From NCBI GenBank assembly GCA_016875535.1, contig VGPF01000002.1, forward strand, positions 73,856 to 137,855: a stretch of 64,000 nt of DNA. Reading direction: 5' to 3'. Both the position numbers and the translations under genes were made by a program. Below the pieces are notes generated by a model that was not told the DNA's origin, did no database searches, and saw only the letters and a list, made by a program, of their open reading frames with translations. Positions 17,631 through 26,951 of the stretch are shown one piece after another. Every line of letters starts with the position of its first letter. Within the stretch, counting starts at the first letter, position 1. This DNA comes from Chloroflexota bacterium (GTDB taxonomy: Bacteria; Chloroflexota; Dehalococcoidia; SHYB01).

Positions 17631-18769
17631 CAAAGCCCGTCATCGTCTCCAGCGACTCCCACGTCGTCGAGCCGCCCGACCTCTGGACCAAGGGCATCGA
17701 GAAGGCCTACCGCGACCGCGCACCCCGCGTGGACTATAACGACGAAGGCGATTGGTGGGTCTGCGACGGCCTCTGGCTCATGTCCATGACCGGCGGCACG
17801 GACGCCGGCTTCCGTTTCGAAAGCCTGGAGAAGATGCGCCGCGAGGCCAAGTTCTCGGAGGTCGTCAAAGGTGGCTACATCGCAAGCGAAAAGCTTAAGG
17901 ACATGGACGCCGACGGCATCTACGGCGAAGTCGTCTACCCCACCACCGGCCTCGTCATGTGGCGGCTGGAAGATAGCCTCCTCTTCGATGCCGTCTGCCG
18001 CGCCTATAACACCTGGATTGCCGATTTCTGCAAGGAGGATCCCAAGCGCATCAAAGCCGTCGCTATGATCAATACCGATGATGTCGCCGCCGGTGTCGCG
18101 GAGCTCCAGCGCGCCGCCAAGCTCGGCCTCGCCGGGGCCATGATCAGCGTCAATCCCGGCGATCGCGATCAGTACAGCCAGCCTAAGTACGAGCCCCTCT
18201 GGGCCGCCGCGCAAGACGCCCAGCTCCCCCTGACGCTCCACATCGGCACCCACCGCGCCAGGCAAGGCGCCAACTCGCCCATCCGCATCCGCGAGCGGGC
18301 GCGCAACATGATGTCATCGCCGCCCTTCACCTCAACCGCCGCCCACTGGTTCCAGGTCTCCGTCGCCCACATGATCTTCTCCGGCGTCTTTGACCGCTTC
18401 CCCAAGCTCCAGGTCGTCTCCCTGGAGCATCGCGCCTCCTGGGCGCCGCACTTCCTCACCGCCATGGACTACGAATACACTCAGCGCCCGCCGAGCCCCG
18501 ATTGGCCGCGCTTCCGCAGCGCCTCCCTCCCCAGCGATTTCTTCCGGACCAACATCGCCCTCAGCTTCCAGGAAGACGTCCTCGCCGTCCAGCAGCGCCA
18601 CCTCATCGGCATGGACTGCCTCACCTGGGGCGACGACTACCCCCACCCGGAAGGCACATTCCCCAGGAGCCGGGAACGCCTCGCCCTCATGTTCGCAGGC
18701 GTCCCCGAAGCGGACAAAGCCAAGATCCTCGGCGCCAACGCCGCTCGCATCTACCGCTTCGCCTTGTAG
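17627..18769 (+). CDS. amidohydrolase-2 family protein (paralog, translationally coupled)
   Basis: SSDSHVVEP… / …WGDDYPHPEG…; ATGA overlap with upstream gene. Confidence 0.88.
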   Translation: MTKPVIVSSDSHVVEPPDLWTKGIEKAYRDRAPRVDYNDEGDWWVCDGLWLMSMTGGTDAGFRFESLEKMRREAKFSEVVKGGYIASEKLKDMDADGIYGEVVYPTTGLVMWRLEDSLLFDAVCRAYNTWIADFCKEDPKRIKAVAMINTDDVAAGVAELQRAAKLGLAGAMISVNPGDRDQYSQPKYEPLWAAAQDAQLPLTLHIGTHRARQGANSPIRIRERARNMMSSPPFTSTAAHWFQVSVAHMIFSGVFDRFPKLQVVSLEHRASWAPHFLTAMDYEYTQRPPSPDWPRFRSASLPSDFFRTNIALSFQEDVLAVQQRHLIGMDCLTWGDDYPHPEGTFPRSRERLALMFAGVPEADKAKILGANAARIYRFAL

Positions 18770-18810
18770 CGCCGAGGCAAGTCTTTCGATTCGTCGCACC
18801 CGGGTAGAGG

Positions 18811-18894
18811 TGCGCCCCCTCTCGCCCTGAGGAGCGGCCACGCCTCATCGCCACGACGAACGGACCTACGCCGTGTGGGTTGCCCCCGCAACCC
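18811..18894 (+). repeat. ~82-bp dispersed repeat, copy 2
   Basis: gccccctctcgccctgaggagcggccacgcctcatcgccacgacgaacggacctacgccgtgtgggttgcccccgcaac; same orientation as copy 1. Confidence 0.5.
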
Positions 18895-19161
18895 AAATCC
18901 TCCTGGTAGGGGCTGGCCTTCCCCCAGGGCTCCGATTTCAACGGAGAGGCCAGCCCCTCCCCGTCGGGCGCACCACGCGCCCCTCTCCACCCCATTCCCC
19001 TGGGTTGCCCCCCAACCCAGCGCGCACTGGGCTGCACAGCAGCCCCTATCCCTCCCTTCTCAGGGGAGGGACCAAGGTCGAGTCTTCGAGACCCCGATGC
19101 GGCATCGGGGGAGAGGTCTCCCCTGAAAACACCGGCCTCTCCCAACCACGCCGCACACCGC

Positions 19162-19190
19162 TTGACACAGAAGCCTACTATGCATAGTAT
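19162..19190 (+). promoter_or_regulatory. near-consensus sigma70 promoter inside non-coding region (TTGACA-17-TAGTAT)
   Basis: TTGACA 19162-19167, 17-nt spacer, TAGTAT 19185-19190; no ORF follows for ~600 nt. Confidence 0.45.
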
Positions 19191-19878
19191 TGTCTTGTGA
19201 GCGTAGAGATACGCCCACGCCTTCGCCAGGACAGAGAGCCGGGGAGGCGCAAAAACTGGCTGTGTTCCTGGCTCCATGGGCGTGGAACCGGCTGGCCGAG
19301 CGCCTCCCCTTTTCTTTGCCCGCGACCGGGGTCGGCCGCCCTGAGTCACAATGGCGCGGGCACAGAGCGTCGCGCGGGCGGCTTCGGAGCGAAACTACGT
19401 CGGAGCAGAATAATGGCGGCGGTCCGGTAACCACAATCGAATAGCTCACACGCGAGATTGACCGGCAGACGTGAGTCGCTGTGCATGCTTGAAAGAGCGC
19501 CCTGGCCGTTGCAGCCTCGGCCGCAGCCTCCAGGTCGCACCGGCTCAGGGCACCGTGGGCAAGCTCTGGTTTCTACCAGGGCATGCAGCGTCGGCTGTCG
19601 AAAGGTCGGCGGCCGGCGCGTTAGAGTCTCGCAATCTCGGCCCGAGATGCATGTCCCATTTCCCAAACCACCAATAGCAGTTCGAACCACATACCGGACC
19701 GCCCGCGCGACGCTCAAAATCACCGGACAGGAACAACACAAAAGGAGGGAAAACAAAAATGTAGGGGCAACCCGGCGCCTGCCCTGAAGCTCAGCGAAAA
19801 GTGAGGGTGATTGCGTTCCCCGGCACTTGGCGGCGACGCTGCACATCGCTAGGATGTGGCTGTAAAAGCCGCATCCCC

Positions 19879-20628
19879 ATGCCCCACACGCCCCACATCG
19901 CACAGAAATGCCTCTCCCTCTCAGGAGACGGCGCTGAACTCCACGGCGAGCTCTTCACACCGGAAAGCGCTCTGCCGCTCCCCGGCGTCGTCCTCCTCCA
20001 TGACCGGCACGGCCTCACAGGCCATGTCCGTGACACCGCGCGTCGCCTGGCGGCGCAGGGCTATGCCGTTCTCGTCTTCGATCTCTTCTCCCGGGGCGAT
20101 GGCGACCGGCAAGACCCGCCCTCCAGGGAACAATCGCGCAAACTGTCCTTTTTCCCTGATGAGCGCGCCGTCCGCGATGTCCAGGCCGCCCTGGCTCGCC
20201 TTCGCAGCGAACCCGGTGTTGACCCCAAGCGCATTGCCCTGGGAGGCTTCTCCTTCGGCGCGCGCTATAGCCTCCTCACCGCCGGGACCGGCGAAGATGT
20301 GGCCGCCCTCTTCCTCTTCTACCCCGTCATCATCTATCCTGAGCTGCACGCCAGCCGCCCCAGGCAGCCCCTCTCCCTGGTGCACGCCATCAAATGCCCC
20401 GTCATGACCGTCTTCGGAGAGAAAGACTGGATGGTGCCGCTCCCGCACCAGACCTTCATGGAAGCGCTCCGCAAAGGCCACGGCCTGCCCCGCGAATGTA
20501 TCCGCTACCCCAGCGTCGGGCACGGCTTCTTCAACGAGGAGATCAAGCAATACGATAAGGCGGTCGCGGAAGACGCCTTCGCCAGGCTCATCGCTTTCCT
20601 GGAGCGGCATATCAAGCGCACAGGCTAA
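19879..20628 (+). CDS. dienelactone hydrolase family protein
   Basis: …VVLLHDRHGL…, …IALGGFSFGA… (nucleophile elbow), …VGHGF… alpha/beta hydrolase; start taken at MPHTPH (GTG at 19801 possible). Confidence 0.8.
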   Translation: MPHTPHIAQKCLSLSGDGAELHGELFTPESALPLPGVVLLHDRHGLTGHVRDTARRLAAQGYAVLVFDLFSRGDGDRQDPPSREQSRKLSFFPDERAVRDVQAALARLRSEPGVDPKRIALGGFSFGARYSLLTAGTGEDVAALFLFYPVIIYPELHASRPRQPLSLVHAIKCPVMTVFGEKDWMVPLPHQTFMEALRKGHGLPRECIRYPSVGHGFFNEEIKQYDKAVAEDAFARLIAFLERHIKRTG

Positions 20629-21932
20629 ACGGCCAGCGACTCCAGGTCCGCCCAGAAGCGCGGATACGAAACATCCACCGCCTGCGCCTCGTTGATGGTC
20701 GTCTTCCCGGAGGCCACGAGCCCCGCCACAGCCGCGCACATCGCCAGCCGGTGGTCGCCGTGGCTCTCCCACACCGCGCCCGTAAGCTTCGCGCCTCCCT
20801 CGATCACCATGCCGTCCTTCAGCTCGCGCACCTTCGCCCCCAGCTTCGTCAGCTCGGAGGCCGTCGTCGCGATGCGGTCGCTCTCTTTGGTGCGCATCTC
20901 CTCGGCGTCGCGTATCTCCGTCGCCCCCTCTGCCATCGCCGCCGCAACGGCGAGGATCGGCAGCTCGTCAATAAGCCGGGGGATGATGGCGCCGCCGATC
21001 TTCACACCCTTCAGCCGCGATGACGTGACCCGGATATCGGCGACGGGCTCTCCGCCGATAAGGCGCTCCCTCTCGAGGGAAATCTTTGCCCCCATCTCGC
21101 GCAGCACGTCAATGACGCCCGTCCGCGAAGGGTTCACGCCCACCCCGCGGACCAGAACGTTCGCGTTGGAGTGGATCGCGGCTGCAACCATCCAGTAGGC
21201 GGCGGAGCTGATATCCCCAGGGACGGCTACATCCACCGGCTTCAGCACGCCAGGCTGCACAGTGATTCGCAGTCCCTCCACGGAGATCTTCGCCCCCATC
21301 GCCTTGAACATACGCTCCGTGTGGTCCCGGCTGACGGCAGGCTCCTCTACCGTCGTCTCGCCCTCGGCAAAAAGCCCCGCGATCAGAATCGCCGATTTCA
21401 CCTGGGCGCTGGCCACCGGCATGCGGTAGCGGATGCCGCGCAGCCTGCCGCCCCTGATAGTGAGCGGCGCCAGCGTATCGTTCGCCGCGCCGTGGATATC
21501 GGCGCCCATCAGGCGCAGCGGCTCGATCACCCGCGCCATCGGCCGACGCCTGAGCGATTCATCTCCCGTGATCACCGATTGGAAGGGTTGCGACGCCAGG
21601 AGCCCGCTCATCAGGCGCATCGTCGTGCCGCTGTTGGCGGCGTCCAGCGTCTCCTTCGGAGGCTTCAGCCCTTGGCCTCCGCGCCCTGTGATGTGCGCTG
21701 TCCCCTCGCCCTTCTCCTTGATCGTCACGCCCAGCGCGCGGAGACAGCGCATCGTCGCCAGGCAGTCTTCGCCGCGAAGGTGATTGGTGACCGTTGCAGA
21801 CCCGCCGGCGATGGCGTTGAAGATGAAGGCCCGGTGCGTGATGGACTTGTCCCCGGGGACAACAACCTCGCCGCGCAGGAGGCGCGGGCTTGTGACGGTG
21901 CGCGTCGAGACGGGCCGCTCGTTAGCGCCCAT
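20625..21932 (-). CDS. aroA: 3-phosphoshikimate 1-carboxyvinyltransferase (EPSP synthase)
   Basis: …VPGDKSITHRAFIFNAIAGG…LDAANSGTTMRLMSGLLA… EPSPS signatures. Confidence 0.92.
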   Translation of the reverse strand: MGANERPVSTRTVTSPRLLRGEVVVPGDKSITHRAFIFNAIAGGSATVTNHLRGEDCLATMRCLRALGVTIKEKGEGTAHITGRGGQGLKPPKETLDAANSGTTMRLMSGLLASQPFQSVITGDESLRRRPMARVIEPLRLMGADIHGAANDTLAPLTIRGGRLRGIRYRMPVASAQVKSAILIAGLFAEGETTVEEPAVSRDHTERMFKAMGAKISVEGLRITVQPGVLKPVDVAVPGDISSAAYWMVAAAIHSNANVLVRGVGVNPSRTGVIDVLREMGAKISLERERLIGGEPVADIRVTSSRLKGVKIGGAIIPRLIDELPILAVAAAMAEGATEIRDAEEMRTKESDRIATTASELTKLGAKVRELKDGMVIEGGAKLTGAVWESHGDHRLAMCAAVAGLVASGKTTINEAQAVDVSYPRFWADLESLAV

Positions 21933-22938
21933 CCCTCTTCCCTTTGCCCTCGGCGCGCTCTTCGTAGCTCTCCATCAGGGTCCTGCTCTTCTTCGCAAGA
22001 AGATCGCCCAGGAAGACGGTCGAAAGCTGCTGGCCCATGGATGGGACCTTCACCTCGGGGGCCGCGGCGGGGCTCGTCACTGCGCCTGCCTCCCACTTCA
22101 CCCGCTCCTCATGGACAGCGCCGAAGTAGCGCGCCAGGGCCGCCTCGTTCTTATCGCGCAGGGCCTTGCGCAGCTCGAGAAGCTCCGTGATCGCGCGGTC
22201 AATCCACCCGCCGATCTCCTCGGCGTTCGTCATGTAGATATCCCGATTCATCGTCGGGTCGCCCCCGGCTAGGCGCGAAACATCGCGATAGCCGCTGGAG
22301 GCCAGGCGCGCGATCTCATGCCACGATGGGCTCTTTGATGTCGCCGAGACCAGGGCCGATGAAAGAGCGATGGGCAAGTGGCTCGCGGCGGCGACGAAGC
22401 TATCGTGCTCCTGGGGATCAAGGAAATACGGCTTCCCGCCGATGGTTTCAACGATGCCGACGACCGCTTCGACGGCCCAATCCGCGGCGTCCCGACTCGG
22501 GAAGAGACACCAGACCTTATCGCGAAAGAGCGTCGCCTCGCCCGCCTCCGGGCCGGAGGTCTCTTTCCCCGCCATCGGGTGCCCGCCGATGAAGCTCACG
22601 CTCTTCGGCAGGAACTCCTCGGCCCACTTCATCACCTGCTGCTTGGTGCTCCCGGTGTCCGTCACGGCGCACTGGGCGGGCATCTCCCTCCCGATCTCCT
22701 GAAGCACCTCGCGGATCGCGGAGACGGGAGTCGCGATGATGACGAGGTCGGCGCTCCGGACGGCATTGCGAAGGTTGCCCTCGGCTGAGTCTATAGCCAG
22801 CCTCTTGTGGGCCTGGCGCGCATTGCCGTGTTCCACATCGTAGCCCACGATCTTGATGCTCGCCTGTTTCGCGTTCTTTAAGCCAAGGCCGATCGAAGTG
22901 CCGATAAGCCCCATGCCGATGATGGTGATTTGCGCCAT
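21922..22938 (-). CDS. tyrA: prephenate dehydrogenase
   Basis: ITIIGMGLIGTSIGLGL NAD-binding, …FIGGHPMAGKE… PDH motif. Confidence 0.88.
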   Translation of the reverse strand: MAQITIIGMGLIGTSIGLGLKNAKQASIKIVGYDVEHGNARQAHKRLAIDSAEGNLRNAVRSADLVIIATPVSAIREVLQEIGREMPAQCAVTDTGSTKQQVMKWAEEFLPKSVSFIGGHPMAGKETSGPEAGEATLFRDKVWCLFPSRDAADWAVEAVVGIVETIGGKPYFLDPQEHDSFVAAASHLPIALSSALVSATSKSPSWHEIARLASSGYRDVSRLAGGDPTMNRDIYMTNAEEIGGWIDRAITELLELRKALRDKNEAALARYFGAVHEERVKWEAGAVTSPAAAPEVKVPSMGQQLSTVFLGDLLAKKSRTLMESYEERAEGKGKRDGR

Positions 22939-22952
22939 AAAAGACGTCCCTT

Positions 22953-24152
22953 CTACTTCTTCCGTCGCTGCAGGATCGCCGCGACCCGGTCCAAGATTCG
23001 CTGGGCAACCTCATACTTGGGCATCAGCGCCACCGGCTCCTGCTTCCCCTGGGAATCTATGATGACGACTCGATTATTATCCGAAGAGAAACCGGCATCC
23101 CTGGCCGAAACATCGTTGGCGACGATAAGGTCAAGGCGTTTCTTCTGCAGCTTGGCCTTGGCATTCGCGATGAGATTCTCCGTCTCCGCCGCAAAGCCCA
23201 CACGTACCTGACCGCCTTGGACTGTCGCCAGGATATCGGCGGTGGGCTTGAGGTCCACAACGTATGCCGCATCCTTTTTCTTGATCTTAGACTTGGCCGG
23301 GGATGCGGGCGTGTAATCGGCGACTGCGGCGGCCATGATGAGCGCGGATGCCCCCTTCACCACCTTGGCGACGGCATCGCGCATCTGGCGGGCCGTCTCC
23401 ACGTGAACGACATCAACGCCCACCGGGTCGGGCAAGGCCGTCGGCGCGGTGACCAGCGTTACCCTCGCGCCGCGGTCGCGCGCCGCTTCGGCGATGGCGT
23501 AGCCCATCTTGCCGGAGGAGCGGTTCGTGATGACGCGGACCGGGTCTATCGGCTCCTGGGTCCCGCCCGATGTGATCACCACGTGCCTGCCCCGAAGGTC
23601 GCCATCGCGCTTGCCTAGGACCTGGCTGATGGTCCCAAGGAGCTTGGCCGTCTCCGAAAGTCTACCGACGCCCGAGAGTCCCGAGGCGAGGTAGCCCCTG
23701 TCCGGGCCGATGAAGAGGACGCCGCGCCGCTGAAGCGTTTTGACGTTCTCCTGGGTCGCCGGGCTATCCCACATGTGGCCGTCCATCGCCGGAGCAACGA
23801 TGACCGGTGCGGCAGTGGCGAGGAGCGTGCATGTCAGCAGGTCGTCGGCAAGGCCGTGAGCCATCTTGGCCATGATGTTTGCCGTCGCGGGGGCGACAGC
23901 TACCACATCGGCGCGGTTCGCCAGTGCTACGTGCTCAACGCTCGTCTCGGAATCAGGGTCGAAGAGCTCCCGGTGGACGGTGCGATGGGTAAGACTGCTG
24001 AAGGTAAGGGCCGAGACGAACTTCTCCGCCTCACGCGTCATGACTACGTCCACGATGGCGCCCGCCTGGGTGAGCTTGCTTGCCAGGTCGGCGGCCTTGT
24101 AGGCGGCGATGCTCCCGGAGACGCCAAGGACGATGTGTTTCCCCTTAAGCAC
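22953..24152 (-). CDS. coaBC: bifunctional phosphopantothenoylcysteine decarboxylase / phosphopantothenate-cysteine ligase
   Basis: N-terminal flavoprotein domain (KHIVLGVSGSIAAYKA) and C-terminal DFP ligase domain (…VITSGGTQEPIDPVRVITNRSSGKMG…). Confidence 0.92.
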   Translation of the reverse strand: MLKGKHIVLGVSGSIAAYKAADLASKLTQAGAIVDVVMTREAEKFVSALTFSSLTHRTVHRELFDPDSETSVEHVALANRADVVAVAPATANIMAKMAHGLADDLLTCTLLATAAPVIVAPAMDGHMWDSPATQENVKTLQRRGVLFIGPDRGYLASGLSGVGRLSETAKLLGTISQVLGKRDGDLRGRHVVITSGGTQEPIDPVRVITNRSSGKMGYAIAEAARDRGARVTLVTAPTALPDPVGVDVVHVETARQMRDAVAKVVKGASALIMAAAVADYTPASPAKSKIKKKDAAYVVDLKPTADILATVQGGQVRVGFAAETENLIANAKAKLQKKRLDLIVANDVSARDAGFSSDNNRVVIIDSQGKQEPVALMPKYEVAQRILDRVAAILQRRKK

Positions 24153-24930
24153 GAGCGCCTGCCGCCTTTTCGTTCATCTCATAGAGGATGCGCAGGCCGA
24201 TGAGCACCAAGTCATAGTTCACGTGGTCCACCACCTTCGTTTCACTGGCGATGAGCCGGGCAAGGCCCCCGGTCGCCACGACCTTCGCGCCGCCGCCAAG
24301 CTCCTTCTGGAAGCGGGCAACCAGCCCTTCGATGAGGCCAACATACCCGTAGAAAAGCCCCGCCTGCATGCTGGCCACCGTGTTGCGTCCGATGGCCGCC
24401 TTCGGCCGGGCGAACTCGATACGCGGCAGCTTCGATGCGCGCTGGAAGAGGGCCTCCGCAGCGAGATTCACCCCGGGCGCGATCGCGCCGCCGAGGTAGT
24501 CGCCTTCAGCGGTTATCGCGTCAAACACGGTGGCCGTGCCGAAGTCAATCACGATCAGCGGCGCGCCGTAGAGCTTGCGAGCGGCGACGCCATGACAGAT
24601 CCGGTCGGAGCCAACCTCCCGGGGATTTTCATAGAGGACGCGCATCCCGGTCTTCGTCCCCGTGCCGACGACAACCGGGGTGACCTTGAAATACTGCTGA
24701 AAGATTTCCTCGAAAGTCGGGATCAACGGCGGGACGACGCTGCTGAAGATGCCCGCCTTCACATCGGTGAGCGCAAGGCCGTTGTGCTGGAGGATCTGCA
24801 TGCTCATCGCGGCGAACTCATCGGGCTGGCGGCGAACGTCGGTCGCCATGCGCCATGTTGCGCGCAGCTTCTCGCCGTCCCAGACGCCGTAGTTGATGTT
24901 CGTATTCCCAATGTCAATGGCAAGCAACAT
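24145..24930 (-). CDS. coaX: type III pantothenate kinase
   Basis: MLLAIDIGNTN… and …IVIDFGTATVFD… CoaX motifs; start taken at internal MLLAIDIGNT. Confidence 0.88.
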   Translation of the reverse strand: MLLAIDIGNTNINYGVWDGEKLRATWRMATDVRRQPDEFAAMSMQILQHNGLALTDVKAGIFSSVVPPLIPTFEEIFQQYFKVTPVVVGTGTKTGMRVLYENPREVGSDRICHGVAARKLYGAPLIVIDFGTATVFDAITAEGDYLGGAIAPGVNLAAEALFQRASKLPRIEFARPKAAIGRNTVASMQAGLFYGYVGLIEGLVARFQKELGGGAKVVATGGLARLIASETKVVDHVNYDLVLIGLRILYEMNEKAAGARA

Positions 24931-25017
24931 GAAGGTCCTCGCGGTGGCAACCCAGAGATTATACGGACTCCAGAGATGGGGGTGCAAACGGCCCGCTTCA
25001 GTGGGCCAGGGGGAAAG

Positions 25018-26577
25018 CTAGCCCCGAAGCGCCGCGATGGCCCGGGGAAGCCTCTGAAGGAGGTCTGAGGCGATGGCCCCGGTGTCGCCTACCTCCGAGC
25101 GGACCAGCTCACCCGCGGCGCCATGGAGGTAGGCCCCCAGGGCTGCGGCCTTCTCCGAGGACAAGCCCTGCCCCAGGAGGGCCGCCACCACGCCGGCCAG
25201 AACATCGCCTGTGCCAGCGGTGGCCAGGGCCGGGTTGGCAACCGGGTTGACGATAACTGCGCCGCCAGGAGAGGCGGTGAGGGAGTAGGCGCCCTTCAGG
25301 AGGACGACTTTTCCCCATGAGGAGGCCACCTTCTTTGAGATGCCGAAGCGGTTTGTCTGGACCTCTTTCACAGATAGCCTGGCAAGTCGCGACATCTCTC
25401 CGGGATGAGGCGTCAGAATTGCCTCTTTGGGAGTCCTTTTCGGCCAGGAGGGCATCCTCGCAAGGATATTCAGCGCATCGGCGTCTAAGACCACCCTTCC
25501 CCTGAAGGAGGCCGGCAAAGAGGCAAGCAGCTTTCTTATCGCCGTCTCCGCCTGGGGGTGCTGGCCCAGACCACAGCCGATAAGGAGGGCGTCATATCTA
25601 GCTCTAGCGGCTGCTTCCAGAATCTGGTTCGCCGCAGCCTCGCCATGGACGACGCCGTGAGCCGTCTCCTCAAGAGGCAGGTGCGTCGCCTCCGGGAGCA
25701 TCTTGGCGATAAGGGGGGAGAGGCTCTTGGGCGTCGCCAGGGTCACAAGGCCGGCTCCAGCCCTCAGGGCGCCTGCGCAGGCAAGATAGGCCGCGCCGAT
25801 ATAGTCGGCGGACCCGGCAAAGACCAGGACTCGGCCAAAGGTACCCTTGTTGGCATCAGCAGGACGGGACGGCAAGAGCGCCCTGGCCCACTCAGGCGTC
25901 GCCAACTCGATCTTGACGTCCTTGGCGAAGCTCTGCGGGATCCCGATGTCAACAACTTCCAGTCTGCCCACGCGCGCCGAGCCGGGGGCGCAGAAGAGTC
26001 CAACCTTGGGGAAGCCAAGGGTTATCGTGAGATCAGCGTGGGGCGTGGCGGGGTCGCAGGCGCCGGTATCAGCATCAAGGCCGGTGGGAAGATCAAGAGC
26101 GAAGAGTGAAAGCCCGCGACGGCGGGCCTTCTCCTGCGACACCAGGCGCAGGGCATCGCGTATCGCCCCTTGAAGAGGGCGGGCGCGTCCGGTGCCGAGC
26201 AAGGCATCGAGGACGGCACGGGCCGATGGAAGGTGCTTGGCTAAAGCAGCGCGGCTCTTTTCAGGCGGCACGATATCCAGCGCGCGCGCCGCCAGGGAGG
26301 CCATCTTCTCATCCGGCTCCCTGCGCGGGGCGCAGACGACCACATGGACCTTCGCTCCCCGATCGCTCAAGTGGCGCGCCGCGACGAGGCCATCGCCGCC
26401 GTTGTTCCCCGGGCCGACGAGCACCACGATATGCTCGCCCTGAAGACTCCCGATGCTCTTGCGCATCGCCTCCGCGACGGCCAGCCCTGCCTTTTCCATG
26501 AGGCTATCCGTGGAGATGCCGCTCGACTCACATCGCGCTTCGAGCCGCCGCATCTGGTCTATCGTCACGACCTTCAT
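25018..26577 (-). CDS. nnr: bifunctional NAD(P)H-hydrate repair enzyme Nnr (epimerase + ADP-dependent dehydratase)
   Basis: YjeF-N …VVLVGPGNNGGDGLVAARHL… and YjeF-C …AGTGDVLAGVVAALL…. Confidence 0.9.
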   Translation of the reverse strand: MKVVTIDQMRRLEARCESSGISTDSLMEKAGLAVAEAMRKSIGSLQGEHIVVLVGPGNNGGDGLVAARHLSDRGAKVHVVVCAPRREPDEKMASLAARALDIVPPEKSRAALAKHLPSARAVLDALLGTGRARPLQGAIRDALRLVSQEKARRRGLSLFALDLPTGLDADTGACDPATPHADLTITLGFPKVGLFCAPGSARVGRLEVVDIGIPQSFAKDVKIELATPEWARALLPSRPADANKGTFGRVLVFAGSADYIGAAYLACAGALRAGAGLVTLATPKSLSPLIAKMLPEATHLPLEETAHGVVHGEAAANQILEAAARARYDALLIGCGLGQHPQAETAIRKLLASLPASFRGRVVLDADALNILARMPSWPKRTPKEAILTPHPGEMSRLARLSVKEVQTNRFGISKKVASSWGKVVLLKGAYSLTASPGGAVIVNPVANPALATAGTGDVLAGVVAALLGQGLSSEKAAALGAYLHGAAGELVRSEVGDTGAIASDLLQRLPRAIAALRG

Positions 26578-26939
26578 CTATCGCTCCCGACGACTGAGGC
26601 GACGGCGTACTCCTTGGAGTGAGAGAGGCTGATCGCCAGCTCCTTCACCCCGAGGAGCTTGGCACGCTCCTTGGCGCGGCCGTGAAGGTAGACGAGGGGC
26701 TTGCCCCGGCGGTTCGGCAGGACTTCGACCTCCCGCCAGCCGATGCCGCGGATGCCGGTGCCAAGGGCCTTCATCACGGCCTCTTTGGCGGCGAAACGGA
26801 CAGCGAGCTCGTGGATGCGGTCGCGGTACAACGTGATCTCCATCTCCGTGTAGACGCGCTTCAGAAAGGCTTCACCCCGGCGGGCGATGGCCTCTTCCAC
26901 CCGGGGGATCTCGACGATGTCCACGCCGACGGTCAGCAT
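26574..26939 (-). CDS. acpS: holo-[acyl-carrier-protein] synthase
   Basis: MLTVGVDIVEIPRV… and …FAAKEAVMKALGTG… AcpS signatures. Confidence 0.88.
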   Translation of the reverse strand: MLTVGVDIVEIPRVEEAIARRGEAFLKRVYTEMEITLYRDRIHELAVRFAAKEAVMKALGTGIRGIGWREVEVLPNRRGKPLVYLHGRAKERAKLLGVKELAISLSHSKEYAVASVVGSDR

Positions 26940-26951
26940 AGTTGCGCCGCC

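Noticed and set aside
18770-19878. Attempt to assign the non-coding region to a known RNA family (RNase P, tmRNA, SRP/4.5S, 6S, cobalamin/TPP/T-box riboswitches)
   Set aside because: None of the hallmark motifs (GGAAAGUCCGGGCUCC / ACAGAANCCGGCUUA, tmRNA T-arm + tag ORF, SRP domain IV GGAAGCAGC, GCCACUG B12 box, CUGAGA, AGGGUGGNACCGCG) is present on either strand by eye; left as unknown.
19801-19878. GTG start at 19801 for the dienelactone hydrolase gene
   Set aside because: The extension (RVIAFPGTWRRRCTSLGCGCKSRI) is not family-like; ATG 19879 (MPHTPHIAQK…) is preferred, though it lacks a good SD, so the start remains uncertain.
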